A stretch of 64,000 nt of DNA from Camelus dromedarius (lineage: Eukaryota), in contig NC_087436.1 of NCBI RefSeq assembly GCF_036321535.1, positions 8,990,001 to 9,054,000 on the forward strand, written 5' to 3'. Positions within the stretch are counted from its first letter, which is position 1, and the number at the start of each line of letters is the position of its first letter. This document shows, piece by piece, positions 37,891 to 50,060 of this stretch. The notes under the pieces were generated by a model. That model saw only the letters and a list, made by a program, of their open reading frames with translations, ran no database searches and was not told where the DNA came from. Position numbers and translations under genes: made by a program.

Positions 37891-39298
37891 CTTTAAATAA
37901 GCAAAGACAATTATTTTGCTTCCCACTAAAACTCACACACAATGTATACACACACACACACTCATACACAAAACACACACACACTCAGACTTTCTCTTTT
38001 TCAAGAGAAGTGTGTAAAGATCAGGAACTTATGAATTGGCTGTGAAGCTTTGCAATCACTGGCATCCTCTGTACAAGTTCTAAGATTGGGGGAAGGAGTA
38101 GGGGCTTTATCATTTGAAAGTATAGGGCCACATACATATATGAAGAAAGTACTCCATGGTGAGAACTGGAAGAAGGTAGTTATCAGTTAACCTATTCTGG
38201 CATATGGCCTATTTATAGGAGAGAGTGAGTTTAATTCATACTTTTTTTTCTGATACTTTACTGTTCTGTTTCCCTTCCCTACATTTCTCAAGCCGTTTTG
38301 TCTACCCAAGTGTAGGAACAAACATATTTTACTGGGTCTTACAAAAAATCTTGGCCAAGACGTTTACAGGTTTAAGATTACAAAATATTTACCAAGGTTT
38401 TGATCAGAATTTTGTGATCTACACAAATTTGACAAGCATTTCTTCTATAATCCAAAAAGATACAATAATACAGTTTCACAAATGTCTAAGTACCTTTCAT
38501 TTTGCATTTCTTTTGAAAGGAATACATTTATAAGAATATACTTTAATGTATTTGGGCCAAATTTATCACTGGGAGAAATGAACTAAAGTCATAAATATAG
38601 AAGATGTGCAATTGACTATCACAGTTGGTTCTTTCAAGATACTTGGCCCCTAGGAGATGAAAGAATGACATTTGCTTGGGGGACTTACTTCAAAGTAGCA
38701 AAATAGCATATAGTTGAAGACATAAAGAGGGACAGTCTGACGTGGTGCGCTGTTGATGGAGACAATGATAACTCAATGAAAGTTTGCAGAAACGATCAAT
38801 ACATCTTATAAATATCTTCTCCCTAATAATAAAAGTCTAACTTAGAGTAGGCATGAGTCACCCAGTTGGAATGCAGACTAAAATTAAAATAATTGAGATT
38901 ATGTTTATAGTCTATAGAGCAGTGTGTTCAAAGAGCAGAGAATAAGACCAAAAATAATAGATCCCTGCGCCCAAAGAAATGAACAGTCAATGACAGATGG
39001 ACCAAGGATACTTGTTTGCAGACTTCAGCTTTTGGGGGAGAAGGTAAAAATAAAAGTCAAGACTGTCTAAGTGAGGACAGAAATCTGTCTATAGAATCCT
39101 AGAAAGGAACGAGACTGTAGTAAGATAAAGAGCAGAATATGTTAGGGAGCAGAGAGATCAACATATTAATGTAGATATTCCATTTTAGAAGAAATCGAGT
39201 TATTATACTTCCTGCTGAGTGGGAAGTTAGGCCTAAGGGAAGGAAAATGCAGTGATAGAGTATTCCTCAAAGTCTAAAACAATCTCATTCTCTATTTC

Positions 39299-39616
39299 CT
39301 TTTTTTTTAACTTTTTTTTATTGAGTTATAGTCATTTTACAATGTTGTGTCCAATTCCAGTGTAGAGCACAATTTTTCAGTTATACATGAACATGCATAT
39401 ATTCATTGTCACATTTTTTTCACTGTGAGCAACCACAGGATCTTGTATGTATTTCCCTGTGCTGTACAGTATAATCTTGTTTATCTATTCTACATTTTGA
39501 AATCCCAGTCTGTCCCTTCCCACCCTCCGCCCCCTTGGCAACCACACGTTTTGTATTCTATGTCTATAATCGAAGAATTCAGCAAGGTAGCAGGTTACAA
39601 AGTCAGTTGCATTTCT
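39299..39616 (-). mobile_element. Young 5'-inverted (twin-primed) L1 insertion
   Basis: Poly(T) plus 3' UTR 39299-39567; inverted ORF2 piece 39566-39616 ([12 protein letters not shown]); TSD ttctctatttc at 39288-39298 and 39617-39627. Confidence 0.9.
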
Positions 39617-39689
39617 TTCTCTATTTCACTGACTCTAAAACACAACCAAGTGTATAACAATGGTGCAACCTTTATTTCCAGAGCAACAA

Positions 39690-40330
39690 AGAATGGTAAC
39701 ACCTACTATTACAGATGTAATGTAGGATACCACAGGGAAAGACGAGACAGGAGAGGAAATCTTAGTCTCAGGATGGGTAAGGGCATTTTTAAAATTTTTT
39801 ATTTTAATGAGGTTGACTTATGAGCCTAATCTTAAGGAAAAACAAAAAAAATAGGAGAAGTGAAAAAGGAATGGGAGGTGATGATAATGTATGCAGAGGA
39901 AATGAGGGAGGATTAGAGAGGACATAAAAGGGATGGTATATGTTTGAAAAAACTGCAATTAGCTTAATTTTAATATTCATAGAGTGTAGATTCAATGCAG
40001 GAAAAGAGAAAGAGAGATAGAGAGCCAGTATGACCTGAAGAGGTTGGGGGGACCACAGTCTTGAGTTCCAGGCTCAGAAATCTCAGCTGGATTCGATGGA
40101 AATTCAGGAAAATTATGTGATTAAAAAAAAATTACGAACAGTTGCATTAAAGTAGAAGATATTTTCTGAGTGGAGAAGAATTAAATAAAAGATTGTTTTG
40201 TATGATGAAAACAGTCCAGATGGAGAAGATGAGGACTTGGGTAGGATTATGGTAGTAGGAACAGAAAGGTTAAGAATAGATTTTAAAAACAATAAGCATT
40301 GACAATCACAGGGTGCCTTCTGTTTTTGGC
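39690..40330 (-). mobile_element. L2 fragment
   Basis: Purine-rich antisense L2 text (gaggttgacttatgagcctaatcttaagga...cagtccagatggagaagatgaggacttggg). Confidence 0.55.
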
Positions 40331-41842
40331 AAATTGATCTTGACTGTATCAATACCATTTTCCAGGATGGTAAGGGACCCTTTGCAATATGGAAACACCT
40401 TGATTGATTCTAAACAGCACTGAATTTGGATTTAGGAAGAAAAGAGCAAGGAGAATGATAGAGATTTCTGAGCTATAATATTTTGAAATATAACATTGTG
40501 GTGACAACTGAAGTTTTATTATGGCACGTTGCGTTTCTTTCAAGACACACATTTTCAAACATACTTAATTCACCTAAAATTCTATTGTTTATCTTTCAGG
40601 AATCTGGTGTCCAGATTGAATGAAAAAGGAAATAAAAAGCAAAACATTGCCTTATGGAGAAGGCATCTGTGCAGTGAGAAACAAGAGTTTTTTCCATCCT
40701 GAACAAAAGCTCTCTCAGGCTGGAATGTTGAGCAGAAAGTTTTCTAAAAGGCACAAAATTTTAATCCTGGTTTAAGAACGAGGCCATTGCAATCAGAATA
40801 TTAGAAATAAGATTCCCATAGGAAAGCATGGAAATATTCAGAATAGAGCCTCTGAAATGCAAACAGAGCAACATGATTTCAATAGATGATTGGAAATTAA
40901 TTTATATTCTAAGCAGCTCTGCCTGATTCAGTTATATTTGAACAATGAAATTCAAGTGACTCATGTAGAAATTAGAATTAATACCTGGCAAGGATTCTAT
41001 TTCGTTCGTGTACTCTCCGTAAGCAATGCAATTACATAAAAAGGGAGTTGGTTCATCGTTAAGAAATGACTTTTCCATCTGGGCCTGTGAATTATTTTAC
41101 TCGGAAACAATAATAATTTCCTACTAATGCATATGTCAATTACTGCCATAATATCATAATAGCAATGGCAAATATAAAGTGCTTGTTTATTTTTTAATGT
41201 TCATTCATATAAAAGGACTCACACTGGAGATCTCATGAGAAAAACAGAGTGGTGTTCTCAAATCAGATAGCATCTGATAACTTATTGTCCATCATTTTAA
41301 AAATGCTCTTTTTAATAGATCATAAACTGTGAAATATCAGAAACTTCATATAGTTCTACTTTAAGATATGAGAAGTTAATTTGACAAATCCCACATTAAA
41401 GCATTCCTAAGCTACTTTTTAGGGGTTCTAACATTTTTCATAGAATCTGGATGATTTAAGAGGTACCTATTAATTATGTTCACAATTTCTCTCTGTAAGG
41501 AGCCCAGGGAGCCATCCTCATACATGAATATACTATTAGAAGGTGGCCAGAAACATGGAATAAGCATCGTGATTGGCTTAAAAGTCTTGGGGAAAATATT
41601 TAAATCAGTAATATGGGTTTATTTTCTGAAAACTATAAATCTCCTGAGTTTAAATATGAGAACAAAAAAGACATCAGTCACAGTCTATCGATTGACATAA
41701 ACAAGGCAAAAATCCTAGTTATAAACTGTGCATGTCTCAAACAAAAAAAAAAATAAACAATAATATAAACACTGGTTTATATCTCAGAAATACTAACATC
41801 TTTCCTTCAATTCATTGTTAAGTGTTCTTTTTTATAAATTTT

Positions 41843-44800
41843 TAAACACTTTTTTTACTGAGTTACAGTCATTTTACAATGTTGTGTCAAATTCCAGTGT
41901 AGAGCACAATTTTTAAGTTATACATGAACATACATATATTCATTCATGTTTTTTTTTCCTCTGTGAGCTACCGTAAGATCTTGTATATATTTCCCTGTGC
42001 TATACAGTATAATCTTGTTTATCTATTCTGCATATGCCTGTCAGTATCTACAAATTTTGAACTCCCAGTCTGTCCCTTCCAACCCCCCTCCCCCTTGGCA
42101 ACAACAAGTTTGTATTCTATGTCTATGAGTCGGTTTCTGTTTTGTATTTATGTTCTTTTTTTAGATTCCACATATGAGTGATTTATATGGCATTTTTCTT
42201 TCTCTTTATGGCTTACTTCACTTAGAATGACATTCTCCAGGAACATCCATGTTGCTGCAAATGGCGTTATATTGTTGGTTTTTATGGCTGAATAGTATTC
42301 CATTGTATAAATATACCACTTCTTCTTTATCCAGTCATCTGTTGATGGACATTTAGGCTGTTTCCATGTCTTGGCTATTGTAAATATTGCTGCTATGAAC
42401 ATTGGGGCACAGGTGTCATTTTGAAGTAGGGTTCCTTCTGGATATATGCCCAGGAGTGGGATTATTGGGTCATATGGTAAATTTATTCCTAGTCTTCTTA
42501 GGAATCTCCATACTGTTTTCCACAGTGGCTGCACCAAACTGCATTCCCACCAGAAGTGAAGGAGGGTTCCCTTTTCTCCACAGTCTCTCCAGCATTTGTC
42601 ATTTGTGGACATTTGAATGATGGCCATTCTGACTGGTGTGAGGTGATACCTCATTGTAGTTCTGATTTGCATTTCTCTGATAATTAGTGATATTGAGCAT
42701 TTTTTCATGTGGCTATTGATCATTTGTTTTTCTTCCTTGGAAAATTGGTTGTTTAGGTCTTCTGACCATTTTTGGATTGGGTTTTTTTGTCTTTTTTTTA
42801 TTGAGTCATATGAGCTGCTTATATATTCTGGAGATCAAGCCTTTGTCAGTTTCATTTGCGAAAATTTTCTCCCATTCCATAGGTTGTCGTTTTGTTTGCT
42901 TATGGTTTCCTTTGCTGTGCAGAATCTTGTAATTTTATTTAGGTCCCATTTGTTTATTCTTGTTTTTATTTCTATTGCTTGGGCAGACTGCCCTAGGAGA
43001 AACTTTTTGAGATGTATGTGAGATAATGTTTTGCCTATATTTTCTTCTAGGAGGTTTATTGTATCTTGTCTTATGTTTAAACCTTTGATCCATTTTGAGT
43101 TTATTTTTGTCTATGGTGTAAGGGAGTGTTCTAGCTTCATTGATTTACATGCTGCTGTCCAGTTTTCCCAACACCATTTGCTGACGAGACTGTCTTTATT
43201 CCATTGTATATTCTTGCCTCCTTTGTTGAAGATCAGTTGACCAAAAGTTTGTGGGTCCATTTCTGGGCTCTCTATTCTGTTCCATTGGTCTATGGATCGG
43301 TTTTTGTACCAATACCATGCTGTTTTGATTACTGTAGCTTTATAGTATTGTCTGAAGTCTGGGAGAGTTATTCCTCTGGCCGCTATCTTTTCTTCAGTAA
43401 TGCTATGGCAATTCTAGGTCTTTTGTGATTCCATATAAATTTTAATATGATTTGTTCTAGTTCTGTGAAATATGTCCTGGGTAATTTGATAGGGATTGCA
43501 TTAAATCTGTAGATTGCCTTGGGCAGTGTGACCATTTTAACAATGTTGATTCTTACAATCCAGGAGCATGGGATATCTTTCCATTTTTTTAAGTCTTCTT
43601 TAATTTCCTTCATCAGTGTATTATAGTTTTCCATGTATAAGTCTTCCACCTCCTTGGTTAGCTTTATTCCTAGGTATTTTATTACTTTGGGTGCTATTTT
43701 AAAAGGGATTGTTTCTTTACTTTCTTTTTCTGTTGATTCATCGTTAGTGTACAGAAATGCAACTGATTTTTGAACATTAATCTTGTAACCTACTACCTTG
43801 CTGAATTCTTCGATTATTTCTAGTAGTTTTCCTGTAGACCTTTTAGGGTTTTCTGTATATAATATCATGTCATCTGCATATAGTGACACTTTTACCTCTT
43901 CTTTCCCAATTTGGATCCCTTTGATCTCTCTCTCTTGCCTGATTGCTGTGGCTAGGACTTCCAAGACTATGTTGACTAGGAGTGGTGAGAGTGGGCAGCC
44001 TTGCCTTGTCTCAGATTTTAGTGGGAAGCTTTTGAGTTTTTCACTGTTGAGCACTATGCTGGCTCTAGGCTTGTCATATATAGCTTTTATTATGTTGAGA
44101 TATGTTCCCTCTATACCCACTTTGGTGAGAGTTTTTATCATAAATGGGTGTTGAATTTTATCAAATGCTTTTCTGCATCTATTGAGATGACCATGTGGTT
44201 TCTGTCCTTTCTCTTGTTGATATGATGTATTACATTGATTGATTTGTGTATGTTGAACCACGCTTGTGTCCCTGGGATGAACCCCACTTGGTCATGATGT
44301 ATAATCTTTTTTATGTGCTGTTGGATTCTATTTGCTAATATTTTGGTGAGGATTTTGGCATCTATGTTCATCAGTGATATTGGTCTGTAATTCTCTTTTT
44401 TGGTAGTGTCTTTGCCTGGTTTTGGTATCAGGGTGATGGTGTCTTCATAGAATGAGTTTGGGAGTATTCCCTCCTTTTCAATCTTCTGGAAGAGTTTGAG
44501 AAGGACTGGTATGTGTTCTTCTTTGTATGTTTGGTAGAATGCCCTGGTGAAGCCGTCCGGTCCTGGACTTTTATTTGTAGGGAGATTTTTTTATTGCTAT
44601 TTTGGTTTCATTTCTAGTGATTGGTTTGTTCAAATGGTCAGTTTCTTCCTGATTCAGTCTTGGTGGACAGTATGTTTCCAGAAACTTGTCCATCTCCTCT
44701 AGGTTATCCAGTTTGGTTCCATATAGTTTTTCATAATATTCTCATATGATATTCTGTATTTCTATTTTATTTGTTGTAATTTCTCCATTTTCCTTCCTTA

Positions 44801-45087
44801 TTTTGCTTATTTGTGCTCTCTCTTTTTTCTTCTTTGTGAGTTTGGCCAGAGGTTTGTTGATTTTCTTTACTCTTTCAAAAAAACAGATTTTTGTTTGATT
44901 TTTCTATGGTTTTTTAAATCTCTGTTTTATTTATTTCCTCCCTGATCTTTATTTCCTTCCTTCTGCTGACTTTTGGGGTTTTTTGCTCTTCTTTTTCTAA
45001 TCCTTTTAGCTGGTGGGTTAAATTGTTTATTTGAGATTGTTCTTCTTTTTTGAGAAAGGCCTGTATTGCTATAAACTTCCCTCCTAG
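41843..45087 (-). mobile_element. Young 5'-truncated LINE-1 (~3.2 kb; ORF2 RT and C-terminus, frameshifted; 3' UTR; poly(A))
   Basis: ORFs 43383-44261 ([13 protein letters not shown]) and 42148-42723 (CWRDC...HFWWEC); TSD tataaatttt at 41833-41842 and 45088-45097. Confidence 0.97.
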
Positions 45088-45097
45088 TATAAATTTT

Positions 45098-45578
45098 ATT
45101 TTTTATTGAAGTGTAGTTGATTTACAATGTTAGTTTCAGGTACATAGAAAAGCGATTCAGTTATACATACACATATCCACATATATATATATATATTTTA
45201 TCACATTGTTTCCCATTATATGTTACTATAAGACTTTGATTACAGTTCTCTGTGCTATACAATAGGTCCTTATTGTTTATATATTTTATACATAGTAATG
45301 TGTATCTGTTAATCAATCCCCAACTCCTAATTTATCCCTCACTCCCTTTCCTCTTTGGTAACCACAGTTTTTTTCTACGTCTGTGAGTCTATTTTTGGTT
45401 TGTAAATAAAAGTTGTATCATTTTCTTTTAGATTCCACATATAAAAGATATCATATTGTATTTGTCTTTCTCTGTCTGACTTACTTCACTTAATATGATA
45501 ATCTCTAAGTCTATCCATGTTTCTGTAAATGGCATTATTTCATTATTTTTTTGGTTGAGTAGTATTATATTGTATATA
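45098..45578 (-). mobile_element. Older artiodactyl-type L1 3' end, host of the young L1
   Basis: ttttattgaagtgtagttgatttacaatgttagtttcagg...gattccacatataaaagatatc; degenerate TSD at 41813-41829 and 45579-45595. Confidence 0.9.
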
Positions 45579-45855
45579 CACTATTAAATATTCTTGAACT
45601 CATTCCCACACCCTTACCTTATCCAACCATTAGTAAGTTGATGATGTTTTCTAATTATCTCAATAATCTTTCTATACTGTCTTCCATCACTTGTAGCTGT
45701 ATCAACTCAAAGTTAACGTGGTGCACAGACTACGGTTCCTCAGCGGTCCCTGCCTGCTGGTGTTCATCACTTGCATACTACCTCCTGTCTGCCCCTCCCT
45801 CCCTGGGTGATTGTGGGAGGAAACAGTGACTTGATTCTTGCCAACAGAATGTAAG

Positions 45856-46345
45856 GAAGCAACCTAAGTGTCCATTGACAGATGACTGGATAAACAAGAT
45901 GCGGTGTATTTATACCATGGGATACTACTCAGCCATAAAAAAGAATGAAATAAAGCCATTTTCAGCAACATGGATGGACCTAGAGATTATCTTAAATATT
46001 AAGTGAAATCAGACAGAGAAAGACAAATATGACATCACTTATTTGTGGAATTCCCCCAAAAATGTTACAAATGAACTTATTTAAAAAACAGAAACAGACT
46101 CACAGACTTAGAAAACAAACTATGCTTACCAAAGAGGAAAAGGGAGAGGAGGGATAAATTAAGTTTAGGATTAACAGATACACACTACTCCATATAAAAC
46201 AGCACAGGGAACTATATTCAATATCTTGTAAAAACTTACAATGGAAAAGAATCTGAAAAAGAACATATATACATATATATGAATCACCTTGCTGTATACT
46301 TCAAACTAACACAACATTGCAAACCAAATATACCTCAATAAGAAG
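45856..46345 (+). mobile_element. Older L1 3' end inserted into an MLT1 LTR
   Basis: gaagcaacctaagtgtccattgacagatgactgg...aacacaacattgcaaacc; MLT1-like flanks at ~45770-45853 and 46350-46562. Confidence 0.85.
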
Positions 46346-47009
46346 TGTAAAAACAGAAAGTGGGGAATGTATTAGGATACTGTAAGATCTGACATCTGTC
46401 TCATTAGCAGATCTTTCACGAGAGAGATACAGAGTCAGAGGATCCAGTGAAACCTAGCCCTGACTTCTGACTCACAGAAACTGAGTCAAAAAGTAGATAG
46501 AAATGTGTTTCATTTTAAGCTTCTACGTACGTGACCCTTCATTACCAAAGACAGATAACACAGTTACCATCACACTCACCTGGGCTTCTCGTAGTTTAAT
46601 AGCTTCTCCTCTGGCACCATCCCAAACCCTCTACACCACTCAGCAATGAAACGAAACCCCAATCCCAGTACCTACTATCTTTTCCCAACCACCTTGAGTC
46701 CTCCCTTTAATGGTTTCTCCATAAGAAATGCATGTGTCCTTAATATGGCCTCAAAAACTTACATGCGTGGCCATTCCCTATTTCTCTAGTCTCTGATAAT
46801 TCTCCCTAGATAATACTTTGGGGATCCTCTTATTGGCCATGCAGTCAAATTCAGGAAATAATTTTCTAAAATGCCTCATCTTTTGTATTACTTATTGAAT
46901 GTTATCTTTCATGGTAGTTTTAATTGCACCAATATAACCATGACAAAGAACAGTGATTTGAGCATAATTATTTTATATCAAATGAAGCTATGATGTCTGT
47001 AAAGCTGTC

Positions 47010-47400
47010 CCTGGTCCCTAGGTCAGGCCCTATTCTGTTAAATATTTTGACAATATGTGTAGGAGAAACTAGAAGTAGTATACAATTAATTTAAATAGCA
47101 CAAAATTAGAGGGAATAGTCAATGGATGGAAAAATAAAGTATTTCAAAATATTCAGTGAACAAAACTGTGGCTCATTTTCTTCACTGGCAATGAGAAAGT
47201 CTTCATTCTCTATGTACATAATATGTTATGTTATACTTATATAACTTATATAAGGTCATAAAGAAGATTAAATGAGTTTACATGTGGAAAGCACTCAGTT
47301 TTACGTCTACTACAAAGTAAGTATTCAAAATGATTTTTTTAAGTGTTCAAAATGCAATTCAGTACAATGCAAAGTACTCCCACTTGTGATAGTTTTAGGG
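47010..47400 (+). mobile_element. L3/CR1 RT relic interrupted by a MIR piece
   Basis: caggccctattctgttaaatattttgacaat (GPxLFNIF-like); cacaaaattagagggaatagtc. Confidence 0.5.
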
Positions 47401-47456
47401 AACTTAGAGTACTAAGGAGGAAACCTCCCTCCAATTTTGATAACCAGAGTCGGGAA

Positions 47457-48045
47457 ACCAGTGTTCATAGCAGCACTATTTCCAATAGCCAAGACATGGA
47501 AACAATCTAAATGTTCATCAACAGATGCCTGGATAAAGAAGATGTGGTATATTTATACAATGGAATACTATTCAACCATAAAAAATAACAAAATAATGCC
47601 ATTTGCAGGCAACATGGATGGACCTGGAGATCATCATTCTAAGTGAAGTAAGCCAGAAAGAGAAAGAAAAATACCATAAGATATCACTTATACACGGAAT
47701 CTTAAAAAAGAAAAGAAAAGAAAAGAAACCAATGAACTTATTTACAAAACAGAAACAGACTTACAGACATAGAGAACAAACTTATGCTTACCAGAGGGGA
47801 AAGCGGGTGGGAAGGGATAAATTGGGAGTTCAAGATTTGTGGACACTAACTACTATACATAAAATAGTTCAACAAGTTTCTTCTGTATAGCCCAGAGAAC
47901 TATAGCAATACTTGTACTAACCTATAATGGAAAAGAATATGTAAAGGAGTATATGTATGTATATGTATGGCTGAAACATTATGCTCAGCACCAGAAATTG
48001 ATGCAACATTGCAAATGGACTATACTGCAATAAAAAAAAAAAAAA
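47457..48045 (+). mobile_element. 5'-truncated L1 (ORF2 end, 3' UTR, poly(A))
   Basis: PVFIAALFPIAKTWKQ...; A tail at 48029-48045; imperfect TSD agagt(c/g)ggg. Confidence 0.92.
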
Positions 48046-49439
48046 GAGTGGGGGGGAATTTTAACTGTGTGTGTTGTGTAAGACCCAACTTCTAACACTG
48101 AACAAGCAAAGAAAGGCAGGGATCAAATTGGAGTCACTTAATGACCTCTTCTATCATTTCATCTTTGCCCACATTCATCCCAAGTGGAAAATCTCAGACT
48201 ATGAACACATTCTCCTTTGAAATAAAGATGGAGGAATATGGGGAAGGGGCATTGGTATTGTTACTTCTTGCTTTGTTCCCCACAGCCAATCATAAAGGCT
48301 TCTCTTTGATAGTCTTTGTACACATAGAGTGATTCATTCAAAATAGGCATAAGGGCTGTTAAAGGAAGAATGGGATAAACTGTTTCTCCTAATATAAACA
48401 TTAACATTTATTGGTAAAGGATCCAGGCATGAGTAGTTTGTATGATATCTGTCAAGTGATTTTAAGGCACAGCTAAGTGAGAAATTTGCATAAGTCAAGT
48501 TAACCCCATGGGACCTAGAGAGCAGAAGGAAAAAATCTTTGAGATACATGAGAATTACAAATTCATCCAAAAGTTTCCATGGTTCAAACTTTATTACTAT
48601 CAAGATAACCAATCTCTGAAAATAGACACCATCTTTTTTGATTTAATTGATGACTATTCTGGGCTACCTTTGTTTGGTGCATTCACAGAAGGGCAGTTTT
48701 AAAGTCTCAATCATAAGTTAATCTTTTGCTAATGGGCCAGAATTCACCAAAGTAGAATGAGGTAAACCAGAAGGTTCCATTGCTATAATATCCTTTATTA
48801 ATCTATATCCCAGTGAGGGACTGAGAATCCATAGTGCTTATGTGTCTGTTTACCTCACCACAAAGATTTACCATAAAAAAATCTGTGAGATACTTTGATG
48901 CTCTCATGACAATGCAGAATCCACTAATAACTCCTGTTATTGTCCTGACAGTATCAAATTGAAACTAGTTGTGTTGGCCTTTCCACTTTTACTTACATTG
49001 TAAACATCCAGAGGCAACCTACTGTGCCTGTTTAATGTGGTTTGTACACAACAGCCATTGAAAATAATGGCTAATAAGAGTTCTTATTAATAATTCACAA
49101 ATCATGATAATTTGCTAGACCTAAATGGTGTTATTCATGCCTCGCTGAAGTAAATCAGAATACCAAATAGTCAGCTGCATATTTATACGCGTATGCTCAA
49201 TCTTGTGAAGCTATTGATTATAAAATGTTGATATTTTCTGAAGTGTTAAAATAACCCTCAATAAAAAAAAGAAAAACCTTTCAGCGGACACTGATGGCTA
49301 GTCTGAGATACTTATTCTTTTGTCTCAATCACATTAAGCTGACTGATACACTTTATTTTCATGCAAAAAATAATACATCCCTCATGTTTTATTATTCACA
49401 ATCTAAGAGCAGTTTTACATTTCAACAATGCCCTATACT

Positions 49440-50060
49440 ATGTATCGTCTATACATCCATCTATTCTATCTATCTGTGCATTTGAAAGTAAGCTGTGATG
49501 TCATGAAAATCATCTCTAAATATTTCAGCACATATCTGCTATGAATAAGGACAGATTTCTATATAACACAGCATTATTGTAACACTAAATATAATTGATA
49601 TTAATTTAATAATATCATGTAATATATAGTCTCTACCTGTTTTCCAACTTATCCAAGATTTTTTTTTTTTTTGCATCTAGAATGTAATCAACCTTTGGTG
49701 TTTATCTTCTGTTTCTTTTCCTGTAGAACAGCACTGTCATTTAGTGTGTGTTTTGAAGACTATGGGACATGCTACTTGTCTTCTAGAATATCTTACATTC
49801 CATATTAGCCTACTGGTTTCTCATAATTAAATTTAAATCTATTTTTGGGGACAAGATTACCATGCAGGTGATATTAGGCACTTACTGCATTATATTAGGA
49901 GCTATGTAATATCAGGTTGTTCCTTTTCTGATGATTTTGCTGTATCTCTTAATTTAAATGGTAACAGCACTATCTCATCATTCACTAGGTGTATTATTTT
50001 CTCTCTAAACCAAAAAAGTAATCTGCATTGAAATATTTGAGTATGAATACCCTGAAGTCC
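49440..50060 (-). mobile_element. Ancient L1ME/MC 3' UTR relic
   Basis: ctctaaatatttcagcacatatct...aataaggacagatttctatataacac; tttttggggacaagattaccatgcaggtgat. Confidence 0.55.

Noticed and set aside
39347..39823. 158-aa ORF
   Set aside because: Chimeric read-through of antisense L1 UTR, the inverted RT piece and flanking/L2 sequence.
43383..44261. 292-aa reverse-transcriptase ORF as a host gene or novel RT system
   Set aside because: It is LINE-1 ORF2 in a 5'-truncated, frameshifted copy with poly(A) and TSD.
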